Shown: positions 18,250 through 27,114 of the stretch, one piece after another
Layout of the letters: each line of letters starts with the position of its first letter
Position numbering within the stretch: position 1 is the stretch's first letter
DNA from: an uncultured virus (IMG/VR IMGVR_UViG_3300021255_000141)
Taxonomy: Duplodnaviria > Heunggongvirae > Uroviricota > Caudoviricetes
Virus record (IMG/VR): IMGVR_UViG_3300021255_000141
Direction: 5' to 3' (one strand)
Length of the DNA stretch: 64,000 nt
Made by a program: the position numbers and the translations under genes
Notes under the pieces: generated by a model
The model's input: only the letters and a program-made list of their open reading frames with translations
Databases searched by the model: none
Told to the model about the DNA's origin: nothing

Positions 18250-19209
18250 ATGAAGGTTAAAAATAAAAACGACATAGGCAATCCATATCACAGTGATTAT
18301 GACGGTAAATTTACTAGTCCATTTGGTGAATATTTAAATGTAGACGAAGAAGATAACAGCCCTTTGAGTATGTTTAAAGGTGATATAAAAAAAAGAACTA
18401 GGGATTATTTACCAAAAATAAAAAATGACGGAACTCCACGTACATTTTTTAATGAGGAAAATATTGATAAACAGATTCAAATATTAAGTGGAGCAAGAGA
18501 AGAGTTCTCCGATATATATAACGAAATACTAACTAGGTCAAGCAATCAAACTATTTTAATTAACAGAAATGAAGATAGAAAAAAATGGGTTGACGAGGTT
18601 ATTGCTGAACAGGAAAAAATGCCTAAAAAGAACGAAAGAAAAGCAGTTATCGTGTTAGGATTACCTGCGAGCGGTAAATCTACATTTTCTGAACCTCTCA
18701 TGGATAAAATGGGTGCATATTTAATTGATGCAGACATTATGAAAGAAAAAATACCAGAATTTCAAGAAAATAATTTGAACGTTAGTGCTGTACACGAGGA
18801 AAGTGTTATGATGAACGGCATTATGCTTGATAAAATCATGGCACAAGGAGGAAATATAGTTATAGGTAAAATCGGAGGATTCCCTCCTGAAAGCATACAA
18901 GAAAACATTAAAAGACTTCACACTAATGGATATGATATTAAAGTAGTATTTAACGATATTCCATATGATGTGGCTATCGAAAGAAATATTAGTAGATTTA
19001 GAAATGGAAAAACTAAAAGATTGGTTCCAATTTATAATATCACTAATAATGATAACGATATTCATAGAAGTTACGATGAATTAATCGGAATGGACGAGGT
19101 ATCTGGCGGAATGGTATTTTCTAACGATGTTCCATTTGGTCAAAAACCTAAAACAATAAAAAAAGACAAAGATAGTGAGGAATTGGAGGAAATTTATGAA
19201 TGGATTTAA
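18250..19209 (+). CDS. Putative effector 2: shared leader plus zeta-toxin-like P-loop kinase
   Basis: Leader IGNPYHSDYDGKF; GLPASGKST, IDADxxK, VHEES, RxxxR...RxVP. Confidence 0.8.
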   Translation: MKVKNKNDIGNPYHSDYDGKFTSPFGEYLNVDEEDNSPLSMFKGDIKKRTRDYLPKIKNDGTPRTFFNEENIDKQIQILSGAREEFSDIYNEILTRSSNQTILINRNEDRKKWVDEVIAEQEKMPKKNERKAVIVLGLPASGKSTFSEPLMDKMGAYLIDADIMKEKIPEFQENNLNVSAVHEESVMMNGIMLDKIMAQGGNIVIGKIGGFPPESIQENIKRLHTNGYDIKVVFNDIPYDVAIERNISRFRNGKTKRLVPIYNITNNDNDIHRSYDELIGMDEVSGGMVFSNDVPFGQKPKTIKKDKDSEELEEIYEWI

Positions 19210-19390
19210 TAATAAAACAAATATAGAAATAGAAAAATACAGAGGAATTGCTCCGATTATGACTGAATATAAAGATTTGACTGAGGAGCAGAAAAGAAAA
19301 TTACCTCCTATTCCTAAAGGGTATGAAGGATATAAAAATCCACCATTTGCTTGGATGGGATATGGTTGGGATTATATAATGAGGGATTAG
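19196..19390 (+). CDS. Small protein, putative immunity to effector 2
   Basis: Overlaps effector end; GGAGGA RBS. Confidence 0.45.
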   Translation: MNGFNNKTNIEIEKYRGIAPIMTEYKDLTEEQKRKLPPIPKGYEGYKNPPFAWMGYGWDYIMRD

Positions 19391-19393
19391 TAT

Positions 19394-19537
19394 ATGATGA
19401 GTGAAGCAAATAATATCGAATTAACTACTGAAGTTAATAAAAATAAAGAGTTGGATAAAGTTGAATTATCTGATGAAGAAATTTGTAAATTATTTAATAT
19501 AAAAAGTGGTGATAAAGATGGCGGTAAAGTCAAATAA
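19394..19537 (+). CDS. 47-aa peptide with scaffold-like DEEICKLFNIK motif (not in ORF track)
   Basis: Translated by hand; GAGGG RBS. Confidence 0.6.
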   Translation: MMSEANNIELTTEVNKNKELDKVELSDEEICKLFNIKSGDKDGGKVK

Positions 19538-20510
19538 CGTTATTGGTAATAAATATCATGACGAGGAAACAGGAGAATTTACATCTGCAGATAGTGTAGG
19601 TATAGAAAACGAAAACGATAATGACATACCTAGTTTTTTAAAACCTAAAAACCAGGTAAATTCTGGTAGTACATCCTTGTTCGATAAAATAAAAGCACAA
19701 CGTAAAGCAGCACCTAAGAAAAAAATAACTGAAATGTCTGAAGAAGAGTTAGATACTGAAATAACAGAAAACATTAAAGTTATTAATGCTGTGGGAGCGA
19801 GCATTGTTGGGAATTTTCTTGATAATGATAAAAGAATAAAATGTGATACATTGAGAGGAATTGTTGACGTTATAAATAAATATAAGGTTAATATAAATGG
19901 CATGAAAATACATCAAACTACATCAATGTCATATAACGCTACTACAGAACAAGAATTTATTCCGATTATGAATTTATCAGCACTTATTAGTCCAAAAGTG
20001 GATTTTCAAATGAATGCAAATGTTAACATAAGGTTTAATATAGTAACTAGACAAGATTATGACGATTTATGTAACCACCAAAGAAATGTTATTGCTAGAA
20101 AACATAATTCTTATGTTAACGATGAATATTTAGCATCTTATGATAGTTATCACGAAATGGGTCATGTATTGATGTATAGTATGATTTATGATTATGTTAA
20201 GAGCAAAAACGCATATGGAAAGCCATTATTGACAGTTAATAATACAAAAACAAAAGATGGAATAAGAGTACAAATTGATAATGTTACAGACGGATTCGCT
20301 GAGAATTTTAGAAAAGAAGTATATAATGAATATATTAAAAATTACCCAGATGTAACATACCCACAATTCTGTAATAAGGTTTCTCTGTACGGAAGAACAA
20401 ATGTTCAAGAATGGTTTGCTGAAAAATTTACCCAATTAAATTGTGGTCAAGCAGATGATGTCAGTAAAGCGTTAGGCGTAATTATCGAAAGAAGGGGGTA
20501 TAAAAAATGA
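19518..20510 (+). CDS. Putative effector 3: shared leader plus zinc metallopeptidase
   Basis: Leader IGNKYHDEETGEF; HEMGH (HExxH) and SLYG...EWFAE. Confidence 0.8.
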   Translation: MAVKSNNVIGNKYHDEETGEFTSADSVGIENENDNDIPSFLKPKNQVNSGSTSLFDKIKAQRKAAPKKKITEMSEEELDTEITENIKVINAVGASIVGNFLDNDKRIKCDTLRGIVDVINKYKVNINGMKIHQTTSMSYNATTEQEFIPIMNLSALISPKVDFQMNANVNIRFNIVTRQDYDDLCNHQRNVIARKHNSYVNDEYLASYDSYHEMGHVLMYSMIYDYVKSKNAYGKPLLTVNNTKTKDGIRVQIDNVTDGFAENFRKEVYNEYIKNYPDVTYPQFCNKVSLYGRTNVQEWFAEKFTQLNCGQADDVSKALGVIIERRGYKK

Positions 20511-20749
20511 TATTAATGAAAGATTATTATTTTATGTCTCAGCCACAATGGTTGGATGAAAATAGTGTTGAAATGAAATTATTGCCAGGAGCACCTAAAG
20601 AGGTTATTGATAGTTTTAATGAATTTCAAAGAGACTATAATAAGACAAAAAGCGAAGAAATGATTGTAGTAGAAGATGATGATGAAGAAATGATGAATAA
20701 TATGTTTAATATCAAGGAGGACAAAAAAGATGGCGTTCATAAACAATAA
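20507..20749 (+). CDS. Small acidic protein, putative immunity to effector 3
   Basis: ATGA overlap; W...L.P.AP.EV..SF pattern; C-terminal DEEMMNNMFNIK. Confidence 0.5.
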   Translation: MILMKDYYFMSQPQWLDENSVEMKLLPGAPKEVIDSFNEFQRDYNKTKSEEMIVVEDDDEEMMNNMFNIKEDKKDGVHKQ

Positions 20750-21560
20750 GAAATTTAATGAAATCATGAAGGCTGGAAAAAATAATGATGAAAAGGCATT
20801 ATTAGTTTTACAAGCATATAGAAATGGGGATTCACAAGATAATATTGACCGACTTGTTAACGATTTTTATGCCGTTCCTAGTGCTGAGCCAACTGTTGTT
20901 GAGCCAGAAGAGGCACCAGAAATGGAAATTGAAACTCCACAAGTTGAGGTTGAAGAGGGAGACGTTGTGAAGCCTATTTGTGATATTTCAGACGTTCTAA
21001 ATAAAGAATGTGAAGGACTTTTTGATGAAAATGAAATCGAAGATATTACTTTTGGGGATTATCTTGCTAATAAAAAGAGAGATAATAACAGAGCACGTAA
21101 GAATTTAGAATATTTTTCTGGATTTGATTTAGGCGGAAGAGAAAGTTATGTTTCTAATAAAAAAGAAGCATATAAGAATAAATTCGATAATAATGTTAAG
21201 GATATTGAAAGAAAATTTAATGATTATAATAAATCTATTGATGGATATATTCAAGGAGTTACAGACACACTAGATGATGATGTGGAATTAGATATGAATC
21301 AGGCAGATTTATCATATAATGATATTGTAGATAATGAAAATGTTATGCACTCATTTGGAAGATATTGGGATGAGGAAGATAATAACAGTGTTATTGAAAT
21401 ATTAAAGGCATTATGCGAAAAATATGGTAAGAAAAATGTCCTTGCTGCACTTAATGTATTAAAGGCAGATAATGAGAACTTTAAAAACTATAAAAACGGT
21501 CAAATCAATCAAGAGGTAGAACGTTATGGTAAGGCTCTTGACAAGGCTTTAATTAAATAA
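20730..21560 (+). CDS. Acidic helical protein, putative internal virion protein
   Basis: Last gene of the head-associated operon. Confidence 0.6.
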   Translation: MAFINNKKFNEIMKAGKNNDEKALLVLQAYRNGDSQDNIDRLVNDFYAVPSAEPTVVEPEEAPEMEIETPQVEVEEGDVVKPICDISDVLNKECEGLFDENEIEDITFGDYLANKKRDNNRARKNLEYFSGFDLGGRESYVSNKKEAYKNKFDNNVKDIERKFNDYNKSIDGYIQGVTDTLDDDVELDMNQADLSYNDIVDNENVMHSFGRYWDEEDNNSVIEILKALCEKYGKKNVLAALNVLKADNENFKNYKNGQINQEVERYGKALDKALIK

Positions 21561-21571
21561 TATAATTAAGT

Positions 21572-21637
21572 TGCAGATACAGGGTGACTTGCGTTTGTTT
21601 CATGTTTTTGGGCGAGTATTATATACTCGTCTTTTTT
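21572..21637 (+). ncRNA. Candidate ~65-nt small RNA
   Basis: TTGACA 21538-17-TATAAT 21561; terminator 21611-21637; no ORF with RBS. Confidence 0.5.
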
Positions 21638-21691
21638 ATTATTTACATTTTTTTTATAAAATAGTATAATTATAACAAGGAAGGTGTTAAT

Positions 21692-21991
21692 ATGGCAGGA
21701 ATACTTATAAATTTGGCAGCAGGTGAGGACCCAAGAGAATATACAAGAGATACTATATTAATTAAAAGAGATGATTCTGATGTGTTTTATTCTACTACCA
21801 GAGCAAGTTTCTTCGAGCATTATGATAAAAAGCAAAAATTGTTACTCGCTAAATATGAGGAAAAAATTAAAAGACAAGATGCTAAAATTGCCGATTTAAC
21901 ACAGGCGTTTAAAGATTTTACTGGTAAAGTACAAAAATCAAACGCTAAACTTATAGAATTAGTAGAAAACTTTATAAAGGAGAATCAATAA
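21692..21991 (+). CDS. Coiled-coil protein
   Basis: Promoter TTTACA 21642-17-TATAAT 21665. Confidence 0.75.
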   Translation: MAGILINLAAGEDPREYTRDTILIKRDDSDVFYSTTRASFFEHYDKKQKLLLAKYEEKIKRQDAKIADLTQAFKDFTGKVQKSNAKLIELVENFIKENQ

Positions 21992-21992
21992 C

Positions 21993-22898
21993 ATGGTAAA
22001 AACAATATTATTATTAACATCAGCAGTAGGAGCAACAGTAAATCCTGGTGCTATTATGGAAGAAAATGTAGATGAAAATCAAACTTCAGAAGTTCAAACA
22101 GTTGAAGATACAGCGTTTGTTAAATTTGATGTATTTAATGGCGGAGATGTATTTGCAAGTGTTGAAAGTGGAAAAGCAGGAGATATAGTAACACTAGTCG
22201 TAAAACCTAACTTTTTATATAAGTTAAAAGGTGTTTATGTAAATGGAACACAATTAACTGAAACAGAGAACGGTCAATATGTGTTTATTCTTGCCGATGG
22301 AGACAACACAGTAACTGCTGATTTTGAAATTGATAATGAACAAGTAAAGAAAATATATGATGTAATGCAAAGCGTTAAGAAAAATGGCGTTTCTAGTATT
22401 ATAACTCCTGGTAATGTTATTACAATGGTATCATGGGTTATTAATATGTTCTTTGCGAGTGGATTCTTTATTACTTTATTAAAGACTAAGAAAATTAAAT
22501 CAAAAACAATTGAAGCATTCTCTGAGGAGTGTAAAAAGGTTATCGCTGAAATTAATGCTGAGGAAACTAAGAAGTTCTTAGAAAGTGTTATGGGACCAAC
22601 ATTAAATAAGTTGTTAGATAAGATAGACCTTTCAAATGCTTCAGTTCAAACATTATGCAGATGTTTTGTACTAGAACAAGAAAATACACCTGAGGCTAGA
22701 TTAGCAATCATTGAAGAATTAACTAAACTAAATAACTCAGATAAGGATTTAAGCGACAAAATCAAGCAAATTGTAAATGAGGAAATTAAGACTCAAGAGG
22801 AAAATAAGCAAGCAACAATTGATTCTATCCAAGAATTAAAGGATGTAAATGAAAATTTAACTGTAAGAGACGAGGAAGAAACATATGGAAAAATTTAG
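21993..22898 (+). CDS. Membrane protein with InlB-B-repeat-like domain, TM helix and coiled coil
   Basis: Hydrophobic N-terminus; AGDIVTLVVKP...YKL..VYVNG...YVF...TVTADF; TM at about residues 143-163. Confidence 0.6.
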   Translation: MVKTILLLTSAVGATVNPGAIMEENVDENQTSEVQTVEDTAFVKFDVFNGGDVFASVESGKAGDIVTLVVKPNFLYKLKGVYVNGTQLTETENGQYVFILADGDNTVTADFEIDNEQVKKIYDVMQSVKKNGVSSIITPGNVITMVSWVINMFFASGFFITLLKTKKIKSKTIEAFSEECKKVIAEINAEETKKFLESVMGPTLNKLLDKIDLSNASVQTLCRCFVLEQENTPEARLAIIEELTKLNNSDKDLSDKIKQIVNEEIKTQEENKQATIDSIQELKDVNENLTVRDEEETYGKI

Positions 22899-23100
22899 AG
22901 AGAGTAATAAAACAGATATAACTGTAATAATTACAATGTCTGCATTCTTGCTATTAGGTATAATATTATTCAGCGTGGGATATGGTACAAGAATAGCAAG
23001 TTGGTTCCAAAAGTTTGGAATAGTTATAATTGTAATATCTTTACCAGTATTAATATATTTCATTTATAATTTTGTAACAAAAAAAATAAAAAGGATGTAA
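22885..23100 (+). CDS. 2-TM small membrane protein (holin-like possible)
   Basis: Two hydrophobic helices and a basic C-terminus. Confidence 0.55.
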   Translation: MEKFRESNKTDITVIITMSAFLLLGIILFSVGYGTRIASWFQKFGIVIIVISLPVLIYFIYNFVTKKIKRM

Positions 23101-23106
23101 AAAAAC

Positions 23107-24183
23107 ATGGACAAAAAACAAGAACAACAAATTGAGAGAGCAGTATCTGACAACAAATTGAATAAGTTTAATTTTACTAAAAAAACAGTTTATTCGGCAT
23201 TAAGTTTATTAATATGTGTAATATTAATATTCGTAATGTCATTAACACAGGCTGTATTTGATGCATCGTTATTAAGAACATTATCATATTGGGTATCATT
23301 AAGTATTTTAGTAGCATTATGTATATTTGGTATGACCGCAGGTCAACAAGTTGGTGATGATTACTTTAAGAATTTACCTAATGGATTGTTTAGAACAGCA
23401 TTAAAAAAGTTTGTTAAAGCGTTTCAAAGAGTTAATGATTCCGTTTTATTCGCTTATTTTGAGGATTGGCTAATATTTTATAGGGAAAGAAAATTAAAGC
23501 GTAAAATAGAGCAATTATTGAAGGATAACGGTATAAAACAAATGGAAGTTTTAAACCTTGATGTAAAAGAAGTTGAAAAACTAACTGATTATTACAAAAA
23601 ATCATGGGTTGGAACTGATTATGAAGGTAAATATAAAAATGATGAAACATATTTCTTAGTATATACAGAAGAACAAATCGAGATTATTAAATACTGTTTA
23701 ACTGGAAAAGTTAAAGTTAGTAATTTACCAAGAAGTTTCTTCGTAGATGCATTTAATCAATCTGAGAAAGATATGTGGGAATCATCTGCTAAATCTGGTA
23801 AGAAAAAGAGTATGTATTTGAGTGCTAATTATATTTATAAAATTTTAGCACTTATCGCTATATCTGTTGCCACATCAGGATTAGTTCCAGGGTCAAAAGA
23901 CTTAGGTAATGGTCAAGTATGGATTTCATTAGCACAAAGATTATTCTGTTTATCAACAGCATATGTGTGGGGAATTTATGTTGGATATGAATTAACTAAA
24001 ATGGATTCTTCATATTTAGAGTTTAAAACAGATATATTGAATTTATATTATGAGGAATTTAATTTGAAAATATTTGTTCCTGAGAATATAGAGGAAAAGG
24101 CTAAAAAAGGATATGAGGAGGCAAACGTAGAATATGGAGAACCAAGAGAATCAAGTGAACCAAGCGAACAGCAAGAAGAATAA
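23107..24183 (+). CDS. 4-TM membrane protein with large soluble loop
   Basis: Two hydrophobic pairs. Confidence 0.7.
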   Translation: MDKKQEQQIERAVSDNKLNKFNFTKKTVYSALSLLICVILIFVMSLTQAVFDASLLRTLSYWVSLSILVALCIFGMTAGQQVGDDYFKNLPNGLFRTALKKFVKAFQRVNDSVLFAYFEDWLIFYRERKLKRKIEQLLKDNGIKQMEVLNLDVKEVEKLTDYYKKSWVGTDYEGKYKNDETYFLVYTEEQIEIIKYCLTGKVKVSNLPRSFFVDAFNQSEKDMWESSAKSGKKKSMYLSANYIYKILALIAISVATSGLVPGSKDLGNGQVWISLAQRLFCLSTAYVWGIYVGYELTKMDSSYLEFKTDILNLYYEEFNLKIFVPENIEEKAKKGYEEANVEYGEPRESSEPSEQQEE

Positions 24184-24640
24184 AAAAAGAATTATATTCT
24201 GGACAAGATTTGCTGGATATGTAATTACTGGTTTGTTAATACCTATGATATTCTTAATCTGGAGATTTAATTTATTTGAAAAAGTAAGTAAAGTAAGTAT
24301 AGGTGGATGGGGTCTTGTATGTATTATATTTGCAGGGGTATTCTTAATATGTCTTGCTAAACAAGTAAAAAAAGGATTACCTTATTCATTCTTTACACAA
24401 TGTCTTACAGGATTTTATAAGATTATAATTCCATTAGCAATAGTAACAGCAGCATGTTTTGTATGTAAGGACTGTATTGAAAAATTATTTCATTTCTTCG
24501 CTATAGTAACAGTAAGTGAAATGTTTGCAATTCCACTTAATCCGCTACCTGCATGGATACATAGCCAGAGTGAAAAAGAGGATGAAGATAAGTTCTTAAA
24601 ATTTGCTAAAATATTTTGGGATAATAAAGAAGAAAAATAG
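24134..24640 (+). CDS. 4-TM membrane protein
   Basis: Four hydrophobic segments. Confidence 0.7.
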   Translation: MENQENQVNQANSKKNKKRIIFWTRFAGYVITGLLIPMIFLIWRFNLFEKVSKVSIGGWGLVCIIFAGVFLICLAKQVKKGLPYSFFTQCLTGFYKIIIPLAIVTAACFVCKDCIEKLFHFFAIVTVSEMFAIPLNPLPAWIHSQSEKEDEDKFLKFAKIFWDNKEEK

Positions 24641-24693
24641 CACTTTATATAATGCTATTTTTTTGTTATAATATAAGATATAGAGGTGATATA

Positions 24694-25074
24694 ATGGCTA
24701 GAGGTATGACGAATTTAAATACAACTAACAGAGGATTTTGGATACCATGTGAGTTCTGGAAGGTTTCTAAGGAAGATGTTAGTAAAAATAAAAATGAATT
24801 AGTTTATAATAAAATATCACAAGGTAAGTTTTTTGCTAAGATGATTAATAGTTATGATAATGATAAAACAATAGTAGCACAATCATTTTTATTTGATAAT
24901 AAATCTATGGCACTGCAAACAAACGATGAAATAGATGATTTAAATCAAAATGATATAGTTAAATGTTTTGATGAAATTTGGAGAGTTGATTCTGTTAATA
25001 AAAAACCAATACGTAATGCTAATCAATTAGATTCTAGAATAAGATTTACTTATTATGTATATTTGAGAAGATAA
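24694..25074 (+). CDS. Putative head-closure / head-tail joining protein
   Basis: Beta-rich; L..ND.V.....WRV.SV pattern; position. Confidence 0.45.
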   Translation: MARGMTNLNTTNRGFWIPCEFWKVSKEDVSKNKNELVYNKISQGKFFAKMINSYDNDKTIVAQSFLFDNKSMALQTNDEIDDLNQNDIVKCFDEIWRVDSVNKKPIRNANQLDSRIRFTYYVYLRR

Positions 25075-25442
25075 TGGAAGCAAACGATTTAAAGCATTGT
25101 ATTAGTTTTTTAAATCTTTTTAAAGAATCAGCATATAACAATTTGCATCCTCGAGGAATACCAGCCAGATTAATCGATAAAATATATTATAAAATTGATG
25201 GAAGTGATTTCTTAATAGTTGTACCTAGTGTTATTGCTAGACAGAATTATACGTTTAAGTTAAAAAAAGGTGGTAAAACCATTAAGAAAAGTATAAAATC
25301 GGATACGATATTTAAGGACGATAAACCTAAAATAATTAGTTTCTTAAATATCTGTTTAAAAGAGGCTATTGAGAACTTTGCCTCTTCTAATAATAAAAAG
25401 GTAAGTTCATATAGAACAATAAAAGGTGATAAACATGAATGA
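25074..25442 (+). CDS. Basic protein, putative neck/tail completion
   Basis: Position only. Confidence 0.35.
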   Translation: MEANDLKHCISFLNLFKESAYNNLHPRGIPARLIDKIYYKIDGSDFLIVVPSVIARQNYTFKLKKGGKTIKKSIKSDTIFKDDKPKIISFLNICLKEAIENFASSNNKKVSSYRTIKGDKHE

Positions 25443-26535
25443 GTTAAGCACAGAGAATATGTTTAAAATAAAATCTATAATGGAATTAATAACTAAACAA
25501 TTTAACGATTTAGTTTTAACAGATTTAGATTATTATAAAAAATATGATATATTTATAACAAATGAACAAATGTATGTTGATAATGAAACAAGAGAAGGAC
25601 ACGATATATTTGTGGTTGTTAAATTCCTAGCAGCAGAAATTAATTTTGGTCAAGATGTAATACCTGTTACAATTACCGCTGTTTCTGAATCTAACGCTAT
25701 AGAGGCTGTTCAAAGGTTATTATTAGAATATGCTCAATTATACAACCAAAATACGTTGAAATGGGACGGAAAATTAGTATATCAAAATTATTCATCTCCA
25801 TATTTTATATCTCATTTTGAGGTAGTATACGACGGATATAGAAGCGTAGCATCTATGAGCGGTTCATTATTGTTAAGTAGCAATATAAATCGTATATTCT
25901 TATACTATTATCCATATGAAGATGATGAAATATTAAAAGTTAATACATTACCTATAACTAATGTTACTGAGACTCATATATTACTTGAAAATGATAATGA
26001 GACAAATTTCTATAGACATTCTAATAATAAAATTTTAACACACTCTGAATGGGTAGCACTAAACGGTGATATTGCTAATTTAGATTATCAAGAAGGGTAT
26101 GACTATGTTAAATATTTAGGTTATATTTATGAATGGAACGAAGAGGCAGGTCAATATTTTTTAACTAATTATAATAATACAGATGTTTTATATGTATTAG
26201 ATGAAGGCGAATTAATCGAGCCATTAAACTATTCAGATTCACTTGATATAACACCAGATTCACAACCTTATTATAATACTAAAAACTTCTCGCAAAGTGT
26301 TAATAAATATGGTACATTTTCATTTAATATAGTTTCTTATTTGACTCAAAATAATTTAAATAATACTATATTAAAAATAACTAATAGAAAAAGGACAATA
26401 AACAAAAATTTCTATTTTAAAATAAGATTTGATAGTGGCGATGTTATTGATATTAGACCATATAAATTAATTCATGCTAATAAACAACAAAATATTGCTG
26501 AGATGCCTTGCGTTGTAATGGTATTTACTAACTAG
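25435..26535 (+). CDS. Putative tail/neck structural protein
   Basis: Position in structural operon. Confidence 0.4.
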   Translation: MNELSTENMFKIKSIMELITKQFNDLVLTDLDYYKKYDIFITNEQMYVDNETREGHDIFVVVKFLAAEINFGQDVIPVTITAVSESNAIEAVQRLLLEYAQLYNQNTLKWDGKLVYQNYSSPYFISHFEVVYDGYRSVASMSGSLLLSSNINRIFLYYYPYEDDEILKVNTLPITNVTETHILLENDNETNFYRHSNNKILTHSEWVALNGDIANLDYQEGYDYVKYLGYIYEWNEEAGQYFLTNYNNTDVLYVLDEGELIEPLNYSDSLDITPDSQPYYNTKNFSQSVNKYGTFSFNIVSYLTQNNLNNTILKITNRKRTINKNFYFKIRFDSGDVIDIRPYKLIHANKQQNIAEMPCVVMVFTN

Positions 26536-26546
26536 GAGGTGTTATT

Positions 26547-27113
26547 ATGGCTGAGGAAATTATTGTAAGAATTTCTGGGTTGATAGGTAAAGAAACCTCT
26601 GATACTGATAATGGTGAAAAGAAGCCTGAGGAAGAAAAAAACGCCCTTGCTGGAGGATTCAAGACGCTAAGCAAAATGTTACATCCTGTAAGTTCACTTA
26701 CCACTCATACATCTAAAGAGGGTGCTATGGTTTATGGAATGAAGGAACTAGGCGATAAAGCATATGATATGGTTTCTACAATGGTTACAAACTCCGTTAA
26801 TAGATATTATCAATTAAGTGAAGACTATATAGGACAAAACCAATTAGGAATGATTAAGCAAAATATCGGAATGGCTAAATCTATGGCTGGTAGTGTTTTA
26901 AGTGGTGCAACAGCAGGAGCAACTTTTGGAGGAGTTCCAGGAATGATTGCTGGTGCTGTTATAAGTGGAGCAGCAACAGGTGTTAATTTATATCAAAATT
27001 ACCAGCAAAAATTATTTAACTATTATAATTCTATGAATGCTATTAATATAAACACTAACTTTAGTGCTAGAAGAGCAGGATTATATACTGGTGGAAAGGA
27101 TACTTTAGGATAA
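26547..27113 (+). CDS. Glycine-zipper protein, putative ejection / mini tape-measure protein
   Basis: GATAGATFGGVPGMIAGAVISG. Confidence 0.5.
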   Translation: MAEEIIVRISGLIGKETSDTDNGEKKPEEEKNALAGGFKTLSKMLHPVSSLTTHTSKEGAMVYGMKELGDKAYDMVSTMVTNSVNRYYQLSEDYIGQNQLGMIKQNIGMAKSMAGSVLSGATAGATFGGVPGMIAGAVISGAATGVNLYQNYQQKLFNYYNSMNAININTNFSARRAGLYTGGKDTLG

Positions 27114-27114
27114 T

